Assembly: GCA_951406725.2 (NCBI GenBank)
Contig: OX597822.1
Coordinates: forward strand, 53,258,001-53,322,000
From: Octopus vulgaris
Lineage: Eukaryota
Direction of reading: 5' to 3'
DNA: 64,000 bases
The translations under genes were made by a program, and so were the position numbers. Position 1 is the stretch's first letter. Each line of letters opens with the position of its first letter. This document shows, in pieces, positions 44,133 to 58,888 of this stretch. The notes under the pieces were generated by a model. It made no database searches. It had not been told where the DNA came from and was given only the letters and a program-made list of their open reading frames with translations.

Positions 44133-45441
44133 CGAGGGGCGTTCAATAAGTAATGCCCCTGACACACTTCCCATCACAGTAGAGCAACGAAACTTGGCAC
44201 AGTTATTATTCCTTTTCTACATAGGAAGCACCCAGAGTTACGCATTTCTCCCATCGTTTGATGCAACTCTGGAGACCGTTTTTGTAGAAGACCCCAGCTT
44301 GGTCCTCCAACCACGACGTGACTTCAGAAATCAAGGCTGCATCATCTGGGAAACGCTTTCCTTTCAAAAACAACTTCATGGCTGGGAAGAGGTGAAAATG
44401 AGAGGGTGCAAGGTCAGGAGAGTAAGGGGATGGGGAGGAGTTCATAGTCGCACGCCTGTGCTTCTGATCTGGCGACACGCGAGTTGTGGACCGGAGCGTT
44501 GTCCTGAAGGAGGAGGATGCCTTTGCTGATCTTGCCCCGCCTCTTGATTTTGATAGCTTCTCTTAATTTCCTCAAAAGTGAAGCATAATAGGCTCCTGTA
44601 ATTGTGGTACCCTTTGCCAGGAAATCTGTCGTCACTGCTCCGTCCTGGTCCCAGAAGACTGTGAGCATGACCTTGCCAGCGGAGGGCTGCACCCTTGCCT
44701 TCTTTGGAGGAGGTGAGTCACGGTGCTTCCACTGCATTGACTGAGATTTGGTCTCTGGATCATAGTGATGGACCCAGGCTTCATCCTGTATAATTAGTCT
44801 TTTGAAAAAGTTTGACTCATCTTCTTGGCACATCTCCAAATTCATCCTCGAGCACTCGACGCGTTCTTGCTTCTGGAAAGGTGTGAGCAACTTGGGAATC
44901 CATCTGGCAGACACCTTTTGCATATGCAAATGGTCATGAATGATAGTTTCCACAGACCCGGTACTAATCTTGACCTCATGGGCTATTTGGCGAATAGTTA
45001 TGCGTCGATCTTCCAAAATGGCAGCCTCAACTTTACGGACAAATGCCTCATCAATGGCAGAAGGGGGGCGACCAGATCTGGGAGCTGTTTCCACAGAGTT
45101 CCGACCATGTTTGAATTCATGATGCCAGCGTTTTACAAGGTCACATGGTGGGGCATCATCACCAAAAGTTACTTTCATTTCATCAAAAGTCTCCCGTGGT
45201 GTGCGTCCTTTCAAATACAAAAACTGGATCACTGCTCGACACTTAACAGGTTCCATTTCACACTTGACTCAGTTCAAACACCTATAAATCAGAAACCACA
45301 ATTAGTACAGAAACCACAATTAGCACAGAGCTGTAATTTACTACTTAATATGTAGAGATATGAATAATTGCACATGCAAAATTTCAGCTAGATCAAACAA
45401 CTACAAGTGGGTCAGGGGCATTACTTATTGAGCGTCCCTCG
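44133..45441 (-). mobile_element. Full-length mariner (irritans/Himar1-like), ~1.31 kb
   Basis: ~30-bp TIRs CGAGGG(G/A)CG(T/C)TCAATAAGTAATGCCCCTGAC with TA duplications on both sides. Confidence 0.97.
44206..45256 (-). pseudogene. mariner transposase, frameshifted near 44430; third catalytic Asp read as His
   Basis: 280-aa ORF (QDEAW, QDNAP) continued in a second frame by PYSPDLAPSHFHLF...GASYVEKE. Confidence 0.92.
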
Positions 45442-45650
45442 TACATACAAACATATATTATATATATGTATTTTTGTGCTTGTGCTTGCTCCACCACATC
45501 GGTTGGGCAAAAAGAGACCGACAGAATGAGAACTGTGGTCGAGTAAACCCTTCATGATTGTTCCACAGCATGACTGCAATAAAAGTACAAGGTAAAAGCT
45601 ATACGTACATTTAGATATAAATATACGCAGATGATAGACAGACAGATAGC

Positions 45651-45746
<96 letters not shown>

Positions 45747-47724
45747 CATTATTTGGGTAGGGGTCCTACTCAAATGCGAATTACTCAGTAAACCAGAACA
45801 TACTTGTAATAGAAGCGTGATGAATCTGTTATATGTGAACTTAAATACTCTGGTGATAAACCGGATTATTTCTCCGCGCCTAACGTCTTCGTACGGTTAA
45901 CCTTAATCTGCCATACACATCAATGGATTTGAAATTTCAGATCGAATTCCTGTTGCCCCGAATGATGCAGGAGTTCGTGAGAAATGAGAACCATATCATG
46001 CCGGGTTATTTGTTCCCAGATGACCTCAGACTAAGTGTTACCGCTTATATTGAGTTACAGGCTAAGTGTTACTGTTTACTTTGAGTTATGGACACTGCTT
46101 TTCCCAGTAAGATAAAATAAAAATGAAAAAGAACACTTTGGATGTCTTGCAGACGGCAGAGTAATTCGGGCCTTTATATGAAAGTTTTTCCTCAAATTAG
46201 TCTAGGAGGACTGGGTCTCTATTTTTTTAATCATTGAAATACTACGTGTGTGTGTGTGTGTGTGTGTGTGACATTCTTTCTTTTGCAAGATTCATTTGAA
46301 TATGCGTTAGTGTCAGTGGAAACATATTTCATAAACGCTTCAGTAAAAATCTAAGTCGGCAATATTTGCTTTCTAAAGAAAAATATAGAATTCTTGAGCC
46401 ATTAATGACAGCCTGTAGGGGTTAAAATATTCTATTCGCGCCATATGTACCAGAAGGAAAGTGGGAAATTTGACTCAGCTATCTTATGGTTATCCTTCTT
46501 AAAATAAATCACAACTAGGCTTTGATTATCTAAACAGAAGTAATCCACGAAACGTTAACTGACATAGATTTATGTGCGATATTTAAAAAAAGAAAACTGT
46601 ATTTATGACTTTCAAAATATAAATAGTTGCTAGGGAAACTCTGGAGATAACGAGAGAAATGTTTTAAACTACATCACTGAACTGGTGTAGTGTGCAACAC
46701 TAACTGTTTCAGCAGTGCTACTGTGTTCTGTTGTGCGGTATGTGACAGAAATTATTCAAGCAGTAATACCGTATTAATGTTAGATATATTATACACGAGT
46801 TATATTGTAGAAGTGTGTGGGCATACTGTGATATGCAATTCAATTCATAAAGTAGCTATGTGTTGGTGAGGTTGGTTTTTGATACAAATTATCTATGTAG
46901 ACGTTCTATGTTGTGATGTATTATATAATACACACTAACTATGTAGCAGCATTATTTTGGTGTGCCGAAGCCGTGTAGTACATAGCACAAACTATTTAGA
47001 TAATAACATTGTGTTGACGTAATGTGTAACACAAAGCATTTACACAGTATTAATGTATTGGTAGGGTGTACAACATAGACTATTTAAACAGTATTACTAT
47101 CATTCATGCTGGGCTAACAAAAATTATTCGAATAATAGTACTGCATAAATCGAAGCAGACGTCATGCAGACGTTTAAAGCTTATCGCTGCAAGCTGAGTG
47201 ACCAATGTACTTTTATCAAAGGTTTTGTTATCTTTCAGATGTGGATAGAGAATTAAAAGTAATGAAACTGATGATGGAGAGAGGAGGCGCCGCTGTTACG
47301 TTTGTCTTTGTAAGATCTACGTGGGGAACTTTGTAGGTCACTGAACTTGAACGGCAGTAAAATAGATAGAGGGGACTGCGAATAGTTACAGAACCTGCAT
47401 CAAAACAGCTACTCTTGGAAGTTGGTGTCCTAGCAGTATTGGTAGCTGCACCGCCAGTAAGAATTCCAAACGTGGTCGAAGTTACTTCTTCGGTAGAAAG
47501 TTCATAACCAAGACAAAAACTGAAAGAACTTTCTGCGGTCTCTATTTTGCTGGTTATCATGGAAAATGTCAGCTGTCCACAGCCAGCAGATTAAGGGGAC
47601 ACTTGTTTTCTGGTCATACTTCAAAAATCCTGCCAAGAATTCGTGCAGTTCCAAACAATGCTGAGTAAGTACCAGTGAAACCCTCAAATTTTAGGCCTTG
47701 TGCCTATAATAGAAAGGATTATTA

Positions 47725-47786
<62 letters not shown>

Positions 47787-48298
47787 GAGTGAGAGAGCAG
47801 TGCATGCCATCAAAGTGACCCTGGAGCAAAATATACAAAGCCCAGTATACCCATCAGACTACCCCCTGATAAGTATACAGCAGGCATATGCATCACAATC
47901 ATATGTGCGCGACATGGTGATCTCATATCAAGATAAACAGCGCATGGCCTTGAAAGTGGGGCCCAGTTGGAATTTTCTTCTGGTCGAGTAGCACATCCCG
48001 CTCAAAAGGTCCCTGAATAATGATTGTTTAAGAATGTAGAACGAACCACCCATGTTTCCAAAGGTAAATTATCCAAACCTCTAAGAATTCCTTTCAACAC
48101 ACGGCTATGATGTTCCCCCACTACTTCTGCTCGTGATCACAGATGCACATATCGTCAGCCACTAAGGGACATGCTCAACTGGTTATGGTCAAACAACTGC
48201 CCATCTTTTATACCAAGACAAAACAATGTACATGATAACACTTCCAATCAGTTAAGATCAGAAGCGATAAGAGCCACTGTCTGTTACTGCATCAGAGG
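47787..48298. mobile_element. (TTA)n-embedded repeat, copy 2
   Basis: Homologous to 1141-1696 with a ~45-bp internal deletion. Confidence 0.9.
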
Positions 48299-48376
<78 letters not shown>

Positions 48377-48384
48377 CATTATTA

Positions 48385-48461
<77 letters not shown>

Positions 48462-48562
48462 TTATGTTTGACATTTGCTTTACATTTGTACAAGTTGGCT
48501 CCAAGTCTCACCCAGTTACCCTCAAGAGACAAGTTGGAAGTACATTATTATTATTATTATTA

Positions 48563-48595
<33 letters not shown>

Positions 48596-48797
48596 TCACC
48601 ACCATCGCTGTCGGTTGGCATAAAAATTCGATCTATGAATGCAATGCGCTGCGTAACAATCTTACTGATAATGTATATTAATCCTCTCCAGGTGTTGCCT
48701 TAATGTGTTTACTTCTCCAGTAAAAACAGAGTTTCTTCTTCTTCTTCTTCTTCTTCTTCTTCTTCTTCTTCTTCTTCTTCTTCTTCTTCTTCTTCTT

Positions 48798-48843
<46 letters not shown>

Positions 48844-48853
48844 AACAACAACA

Positions 48854-48888
<35 letters not shown>

Positions 48889-48920
48889 AACATCATCTCC
48901 TTCTTCTTCTCCTCCTCCTT

Positions 48921-48951
<31 letters not shown>

Positions 48952-49062
48952 TTCTACTACTACTGGAGCTACTTTATCACCGTCATGATTACGATCATCA
49001 TCTTCACCTCACTACAAGAACATATAGCGAATGAAAAATGTCAACTGTCACAACACACAGAA

Positions 49063-49113
<51 letters not shown>

Positions 49114-49269
49114 CGCATTGCGCGCGCGCACGCTCACTTACGTACACATGCACTCACCTACGTACAAACATCCATACACACATACATACACACATACATA
49201 ACATACATACATACTTACATACATACATACACACACGTATAACACAAGATTCATACACACATACATACA

Positions 49270-49303
<34 letters not shown>

Positions 49304-49343
49304 CTTACATACATACATACACACACATACACACATACATACA

Positions 49344-49377
<34 letters not shown>

Positions 49378-49531
49378 CATTCATACATACATAAATACAT
49401 ACACACATATAACACAACATTCATACACACAATCATACATACATACATATATACATACTTACATTCATACATACATACATGCATACATACATACATTCAT
49501 ACATACATACATTCATACATACATACATTCA

Positions 49532-49565
<34 letters not shown>

Positions 49566-49685
49566 CATACATACATACATACATGCATACATGCATACAT
49601 ACATACATACATACACACACATATAACACAGCATTCATACACACATACATACATGCATACATATATACATACATACATACATACA

Positions 49686-49719
<34 letters not shown>

Positions 49720-50647
49720 CACACATATAACAACATTCATACGTACATGCATACATACATACATACATGCATGCATACATACATACATACATACATACAT
49801 GCATACATACATACATTCATGCACATATCTACAGTAACGTGTATAATTTCAGCGTTAGCAAAGATGAATAAATCTGATCTACATGGAATAGATCAATGTA
49901 ATAATACATCGAACATCGTTTGAATGAGATACAACAAATTCTGTACTGTCACACACCAAGCGTGGGTTGTAAATATAATTTTGGATTTGCTTGCAAAATC
50001 ATGATTTATATCACCCCTCTAACAATAACATATAAAAAGGGCGAGGAAAATAATCTTTATATATTTATATATATATATATCCGTAATATAATTCATGATT
50101 TATGAGCCCAGAAAAAGAAGTATTACAACTTTGAGAAGTATGACATGGGCCCTACGTATTCATATATATTATTTAAAAGCAAAATATGCTTTGTATTCCG
50201 AACAAAAGTCCAACAGTGCAGTAGCTGCAAGCTATTATAACAATGATAAGGTTGTTGTTGCTGTTATTGTTATTGATGTATTAACCCTATGTTGATCTTA
50301 ATCGAGTAGAACTATGGTCAACGGGGATCCAGCTGTGCCTATCCCATTTTTTAAATCTATTTCTTTTTATTTGTTTCAATCATTGAACTGTTGCGATGCG
50401 AAGGCACCGCTTTCAAGGGTTCTGTCGAACAAATCGCCCCTGGCACTTATTGATAAGCCCAGTCCTTATACTATCTCCTCCGTTTTGCCGAAACGCTAAG
50501 TTACGGAGACCTGTTGTCAATCAATGAGAGCAAATACAATCACGAATTACTACACACATACAGACACAAAGACAAACGCACACACACACACACACATACA
50601 TACATAAAACATACATATATATATATATGTGTGTATGTATAAATATA

Positions 50648-50685
<38 letters not shown>

Positions 50686-50687
50686 CA

Positions 50688-52044
<1,357 letters not shown>

Positions 52045-52117
52045 TATATATATATATATAGATAGTACGCACACGCACACATATATATGTATGCATGTAT
52101 GTATGTATGTATGTATG

Positions 52118-52184
<67 letters not shown>

Positions 52185-52327
52185 TATATATATATATATA
52201 CATGATAAATAAATAATGTTAGGGTAATAAGAATTATAGAAATTATTATTACCAGTGGCACTGCTCTTTCTAGCACAAGGCATTCCTATTTCGAAGCCTC
52301 TTAATGTGTTTTAATGTACACGATATT

Positions 52328-52358
<31 letters not shown>

Positions 52359-52501
52359 GAGTGTATTTTTACCTTGTTAACAATTAACACGGAAAAATAA
52401 ATAAATAGTTACCAGGGCAGCAAAAATCTCACAAGTAAAGATGTTGTAACTCCTTGTTTATAAAGGTTGAAACTTCGTGTTTACGTTGAATATTTTGAAT
52501 A

Positions 52502-52686
52502 ATATGAATAAAAAATGGAGTTAACGCAGGTTTAAACAAGTATTTTTACTTTCGACACATGTTTCGAAAATTCCACTGATACTGTTTATACCATTTATTC
52601 TTTTGAATAGTATCAGTGGAATTTTCGAAACATGTGTCGAAAGTAAAAATACTTGTTTAAACCTGCGTTAACTCCATTTTTTATTC

Positions 52687-52690
<4 letters not shown>
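52502..52690. repeat. ~85-bp-arm palindrome carrying hammerhead 3' halves
   Basis: Arms 52502-52586 / 52606-52690; GAAAC-ATGT-GTC at 52627-52638 (+) and 52554-52565 (-). Confidence 0.9.
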
Positions 52691-52718
<28 letters not shown>

Positions 52719-52802
52719 AATAATTGAGTTGAATTAGCTACTTAAGTTGAAGCACCAAGTCAGTCCAGTATAACCTGCACAGCTCGAAGTAAGGTGAATT
52801 AT

Positions 52803-53296
52803 ATCAAAATAAGCAACAGATAAGTTACTCTGTATCCAATATACTACTCGTAATGTCTTCTTCCGTCACTGCGGAAGAAGGATACATAGGACAGTATTTA
52901 TGACCATACCTAGCCAAGAGCTGTCAACTCAATCTTGCCCTTCATTCTAAACAGACGCAGTCCTCTAGTCTGAGATTTAGTAGTTGATAAAAAAAGACAA
53001 ATAAAGTGGAAATGATCCACAATCCTTTACAAGCTATTACCCCTGTGGGCTTCATGCCATTTTCGAAAGTGTAGTCTATTCTTAGCTACAATAGCGACAA
53101 CATAAATTTCTTTCATGTTCTTCCTCTGTTAAAGTATTTGAGAAAAATTATATTAATGTATCCAACTGGTTAAAATTCTATTTATTTGTGCAGCTGATGA
53201 AAGCACGGCATTTAAATTGATGTAATGATTGCATTGTTCAATTAAATGGAGTCGCTTGAAACGGTGGTACTGCATCACTTCTTGTTGCTTATTTTG

Positions 53297-53298
<2 letters not shown>
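52803..53298 (+). mobile_element. Hammerhead-carrying element with ~22-bp inverted ends
   Basis: ATCAAAATAAGCAACA at 52803 is inverted at 53283-53298; followed by (TA)n. Confidence 0.7.
53189..53274 (+). ncRNA. Canonical type I hammerhead ribozyme with a long stem II
   Basis: TGCAG-CTGATGA-AAGC...GCTT-GAAA-C(GGTG)G-TA^CTGCA; all core nucleotides are intact. Confidence 0.9.
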
Positions 53299-53327
<29 letters not shown>

Positions 53328-53531
53328 CAGTCGCCATGATAGATCGTTAGCCACTACACACATTTTTTCTCTCCTTGTTTCTCTCCTTGATTTTGCTGTG
53401 TCCTTTTCTGTAGAAGAGCGTAGGCTCGAAACGTAAAAGACTTTTTCTATTCCTGAGCATTATACTGATACATCTGTTTGTTTTGTACACCACCTGCCTT
53501 CGTCTTTTGTTTTTTTTTCGTAAACTCTCCC

Positions 53532-53532
<1 letters not shown>
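53328..53532 (+). mobile_element. ~200-bp hammerhead-carrying element in (TA)n, second copy
   Basis: Inverted near-copy of 43851-44048. Confidence 0.9.
53404..53439 (+). ncRNA. Minimal type I hammerhead (A6U variant), second copy
   Basis: TTTT-CTGTAGA-A-GAGC(gtag)GCTC-GAAA-CG-TA^AAAG. Confidence 0.72.
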
Positions 53533-53573
<41 letters not shown>

Positions 53574-53586
53574 CATATATATATAC

Positions 53587-53621
<35 letters not shown>

Positions 53622-55189
53622 CATATATGCATACACGCACACATACACATATGCATATATATATATATATAAGCACACACACATACATACATGCACACAC
53701 ACAACGGACTTTCTTTAATTTATGTCTACCAATTCAATTCACAAAGCTTTGGTCTGTCCGAGGCTATCGTAGAACACACTTGACCAAGGTGACATGCTGT
53801 GGAACTGAACCCGGTTATGGAACCCGGTTTCTGTTTCAAAACGGTAGAGTCTGGTTAGAGGGAGAGTTAACTCTTATATTTAGCGTAGACGCTCTCAAGT
53901 AGAGACACATATCAAACAAAACTGTTATAGTTTAATGTCTGATTTCTATTATAGAATCCAGATTTTATAATCATAGATTATCTGATATAAACTGATCATT
54001 ATGCTATCAGATATTCTACGTCTATTTATCTTTCTTAATTGACTAATATCAAGAGTGTGTGATAAGTATTCGAAAGTATACTGTAATTCAGAAGTATTTA
54101 GCTAATGTAACAATTAACAAACGTGAGTCGAAGCTGGCCGTGTGTGTATGATAATATACAAGCGTCTGACAGGTGGGCAGTTTGTTCTCTTTATGTGTGC
54201 GATCAATCTAAATCTAGTTGGCTTAGTAGGTACAGTGAATGGATTAACTAATCGTTATACTCAGCAAAAGCTCTAACTTAAATGTATATTTATTCCTTAA
54301 CTTGTTATAATTAATCAATACCTTCTTTAAATTCGGTGGTTATTCTTTCGTCTCTTTTGAAGAATCGTTAAGTTCCCGGGACGTTAATAAACCAACAACG
54401 ATTGTCAACCGGTGAGGGGGACAAATGTAACACAAATACGCACATGCACATACACACATGCACACACACAAACATACAGATATATATATATATATAAGGT
54501 TAGTGTAGAGAAAGGGAGTGCCACTGGTGGTTGGGAATCAAACTTTAAACAGACTTTAACTCAATTAGAGATAGTAGCTGGCTATAACAGAGAGACACGA
54601 AGAGGTAAAGTAATGAATGAATGGTATAGGGGGAGTGCGGAGTAAGCGGAAAATATGCTGAGATTAGGAGATTAGAGAGATAAATGTGCTTCAATTAGGA
54701 GAAATCATAAAGATTTTGCGTAATGAGTAAAAGTGGAATAAAATTTGTGCTTACACGCGAAGATTACGTCAGGGAACCTATTGAATAAGGAAGTATTATG
54801 ATGGTGAAGGATATTGAGCGATTCTCTACAACACAATTTACAAACAAGAGGAAGCTACACAAGCAACAGAACAGGATAAGATATAAGGAGTATTCTGGGT
54901 CTTGGGTCAACAGGAGTTTATAGGCTCCATTTGAGAACGAATTCATATGTAAATACACACACACACACATATGTTTGCATTTCTATATGTATGTTTATAT
55001 GACTGTGTGGTAAGAAGCTTGCTTTCCTACCACATGGTTGTGGGTCCAATCCCACTGCGTGGCACATTGAGCAGGTGTCTTCTACTACAGCCTCGGGCTG
55101 ACAAGGGCCTTGTGAGTGAATTTCTTAGATGGAAATTGAAAGGAGCCTGTTGTATATATAAAGTCCACGGTGAATGATTCAATGCTGAT

Positions 55190-56480
55190 GAGAAGATGTA
55201 CTCCATCCAACTTCAAAGCAAGAGCAAAGTGGGCTATTCGACAGGCAAAGCTGCAAGCAGGCACACTATCCATCCTTCCAAGGAAAGAAGATGCTCTGAT
55301 GCTGAAGCCTCCCATTCTTTATCAAATCCAACAGCCCTGAATACTAACGAAGAAGAGATTGAAGAGTACAATTATGGTGAAGATGACAGAGTTGATCAAA
55401 ATGATAATGATAGTGATGCAATTAGTACGAGACTTGTTGCTAAAATCTGCAAACAGTTGTCAGAGGAGGGCATTGATATACCAGCTCCTAGTCAGCAAGA
55501 CATTTACAAGGCACTCTTCAAGAAAGCTGTTGGAATGAAGAAATACTTGATCGATACAATATGCAATCAGAAACGGACACTGCATTTCGATGGTAAACAT
55601 ATTGACGGAAATGAATATCAAGTGGTTGTCAACAAGAATGAAACAAGTCAAATCAAGCTGGCTGCTATGAAGCTGTGTGATGGCAGGGCTGAGATCATTG
55701 CAGAAGGATTGTAAAGCGTCTTGGACGGATTTCATTTGTGGGGCGCAATCTCAATATTTTTTTTACTGATACCACGAGTGTGAATACAGGATGACAGAGT
55801 GGGTTAGTGGTTAGACTGCGGGAAATGTTCTTGAACAAAGGCTATGACAAGCCACAGTTCGTGAGCTGCCAACACCATATCTAACACAGAATCCTACGCA
55901 TTGTTATGGACGAGGACCTAGCAGGCGCAAGCAATTTACCCAACATCGAATATTTTCTTGTCAAAGAATTCATGACAAATTATGAAGAACTCCATGGTTC
56001 CATCCTGAATAGAACTCATGCTCTTGAAGATGATGCTGGCTGGAGAAATGACATGGAGTTTCTCTTCCACTTAACCCGTGCCTTCAGGTTCTTCCATGAA
56101 AACGGAGACCTACTTTTCATGAAGTATCAGAAAATTCTGCACATCAGTAATTCCAGATGGAATGCGCGAACAATCTTAGCCCTTGCCACATGTGAGAGAA
56201 TGATTGAATATGGTCTGCCAGTTCATCTCATATGGCTGGGTGGACCACTGGTTCAGTGACCAAATGTATAGAGCTGAAAATTAGGCAGAGCTATTTCAAG
56301 CCTTACAACGCTACGAGACTGCTTTGAAATGCTTGACAAATCACTGGAAACAAGCACCATAAAAACTAAGCATCAGTAGAAGCAATCAATGATGTGAGCG
56401 AGCATTTAAGGTCATGCAAGAACTACACGCCACATGCAGGAACAAAGCCAACCTGTCATTGTGTTTCATTCTCTCTAATG
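55190..56480 (+). pseudogene. Decayed hAT-related (hATm-like) DDE transposase
   Basis: HFDGK, DTTSVNTG, CQHH and SNSRWNARTILAL motifs with in-frame stops. Confidence 0.7.
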
Positions 56481-56788
56481 ACTTGTTGCAGCTTGACTAT
56501 TTGACTTTATATGACTTACCTTCTTTTTATTGTTCTAGAATGTGGAAAATAGTTCCTTTAACAGCAATGGAATAAACGTTTTAGATCTTTTTTCCCTTTT
56601 TTGTTTATTATTCAACCAAGGTTAGTTTTTGGAAATCCACCCAAATGCAACCGAGTATAAACATTTCAACGCCATCGGTGAAATTTTTTAATCAAATACA
56701 AAACAAATATTGATTTTCATTGTTTTTTAGTAAAAGCTCATCAGAATATGATGCGGGACTATGGAGTTGCGAAAAAGTTTATTTCTCA

Positions 56789-57153
56789 TCTCTATATATA
56801 TAAAGCTGAAGTTGTCTGTTTGGTAGCCTTCAACTAACACTATCTCCTCCGAGACACTCCGGTGCAAGTTGACCAAAATTGAGAGTATGCTCTTCCTTCC
56901 GTAGAAGAAAAACTTTAAATCGGACCATGTTAACATTAAAAATTTTTTACATCAAAAAGGTGCTTTTTAATTATGAAAATTCCCATTTTTTACGATTTTT
57001 TGACTGCTGTGTCGCCAGTTTTCGGTGTATTTCAGTCAGAAAAATGTTCACTTAAAGAGAATAACAAGCTACATAATGCAAAATTTTTACTTTTCAGAAA
57101 TTCCAATTCTAAAGGATCGAAACAAACCCGAGCAACGCCGGGCGATATTGCTA

Positions 57154-57154
<1 letters not shown>
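56789..57154 (+). mobile_element. Non-autonomous Helitron
   Basis: A|TC start, 3' hairpin CCCG(A)GC-aac-GCCGGG, CTAG|T end. Confidence 0.88.
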
Positions 57155-57220
<66 letters not shown>

Positions 57221-57273
57221 TGAATGGAATAAATGGAGTTGAACGAAGATTGTACAGAATTCCTTTTATTACA

Positions 57274-57353
57274 TTCTACACATGTTTCAAAGGCCACAAA
57301 TTTCCAAATTCTGATTAAATAAGGGTACCATATTGCGGCTTTCTCTTCAGGAA
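57274..57353 (-). ncRNA. Type I hammerhead ribozyme, canonical core
   Basis: TTC-CTGAAGA-GAAAGCCGCAA...TTGTGGCCTTT-GAAA-C(ATGT)G-TA^GAA; lies in a (TA)n-flanked element (57215-57648) with inverted repeats 57215-57237 / 57447-57468. Confidence 0.8.
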
Positions 57354-57655
57354 AAAAAACACAGGAATTCCGTTGACAGGACAAAACAAAACAGAGGCAC
57401 AGCAATTCGAACGAAGATGCTCCTTAGGAGCCCATGGCTGAACTGTTCCATTATTCCATTCACTAATAATATTAAACTTCAATTATCCGCTCCAACGCAC
57501 GGTTGCAACACCAAATGGTCTTATCTCCAACCGTGGTGTTTTCCGCTGTGATTTTTGCTTTGCTACCGGTATGGTTAACCTTTACCCAGGTATCGGTTAA
57601 ACCTTTGAATAATCTGTTACAAGAAAATTCATCTTTCTATTTCAACAAATATATA

Positions 57656-57760
<105 letters not shown>

Positions 57761-57769
57761 AAATATGTG

Positions 57770-57801
<32 letters not shown>

Positions 57802-57821
57802 CGTGCGTGTGTGTGTATGTG

Positions 57822-58135
57822 TGGAAGCGCAATGGCCCAGTGGTTAAGGCAGCGGACTCGCAGTCGGAGGATCGCGGTTTCGATTCCCAGACCGGGCGTT
57901 GCGGGTGTTAATTGAGCGAAAACACCTAAAGCTCTACGAATATCCAACAGGGGGGGGACCCCTGTTGTACTCTTTTGCCCCAACTTTCTCTCACTCTTTC
58001 TTCCTGTTTCTTGAGTAACACTGCGATGGACTGGCGTCCCGTCCAGCTGGGGGGAAGACATACGCCATAGGAACCGGGAAACCGGGCCCATGAGACTGGC
58101 TAGGCTTGAAAAGGGCGCATAAATAAATAAATAAA
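57822..58135 (+). mobile_element. tRNA-derived SINE with a Meta/V-like central domain
   Basis: A-box TGGCCCAGTGG, B-box GGTTTCGATTCC, domain CTGCGATGGACTGGCGTCCCGTCCAG, (TAAA)n tail. Confidence 0.85.
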
Positions 58136-58337
58136 TACGCGTGCGCGTGCGCACATACAATGACCTTCTTTTAGCTGCCGTCTACCAAATCTACTTACAA
58201 GGACTTGGTCGGCCCGAGACTATAGTAGATGCTGCGCAGAGGTCATGGTTGGAAAGTAAGCTTCCTAACACATAGCCTCATCTGCGGCAATCCATACACA
58301 CATACATACGTACGTACGTAAATACATAAATATACAT

Positions 58338-58370
<33 letters not shown>

Positions 58371-58417
58371 CATATGTATATATGTAAATACATATATATA
58401 TATACACACACACACGC

Positions 58418-58451
<34 letters not shown>

Positions 58452-58888
58452 GCACACATACATGTATGCATATATAGACATGTATATATATATGTGTGTG
58501 TATATATATTTATATTTTACGTAGGTAGAATTAATGTATATATATATATATATATAAATCGTTATTAAGCCAAATAAGTAAAAGTATAGAAGAAATGTAA
58601 ATGCACAGAGTGCATATAAGAACTAATTTGGATTTGGTTAAAAAGAGACGATGAGCGATGGCTAGAAGTATATTGAGTTCTTCATAACCAGCTGATCTGC
58701 AAGCGGGGCCTCATATCAGTGAGGGGGGCCGGTGCGCATTGATGCCGTCGAGAGGTAGGCCTCGAAACGGCGCGCATTCTCTCCTGATGACCCCATACAC
58801 TTGCTAGCTTCCGATATACAGAGCTTTTAACTGGTAGCACTTGCATGTGCAAGTTGTTTGCAAGACATCTATTCAAACTATACTTATA

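Noticed and set aside
45897-46424. TTAA-bounded piggyBac-like MITE
   Set aside because: Terminal inverted repeat similarity is too weak to support.
57822-57895. tRNA gene
   Set aside because: It is a SINE head; there is no complete cloverleaf and it continues into a SINE body and tail.
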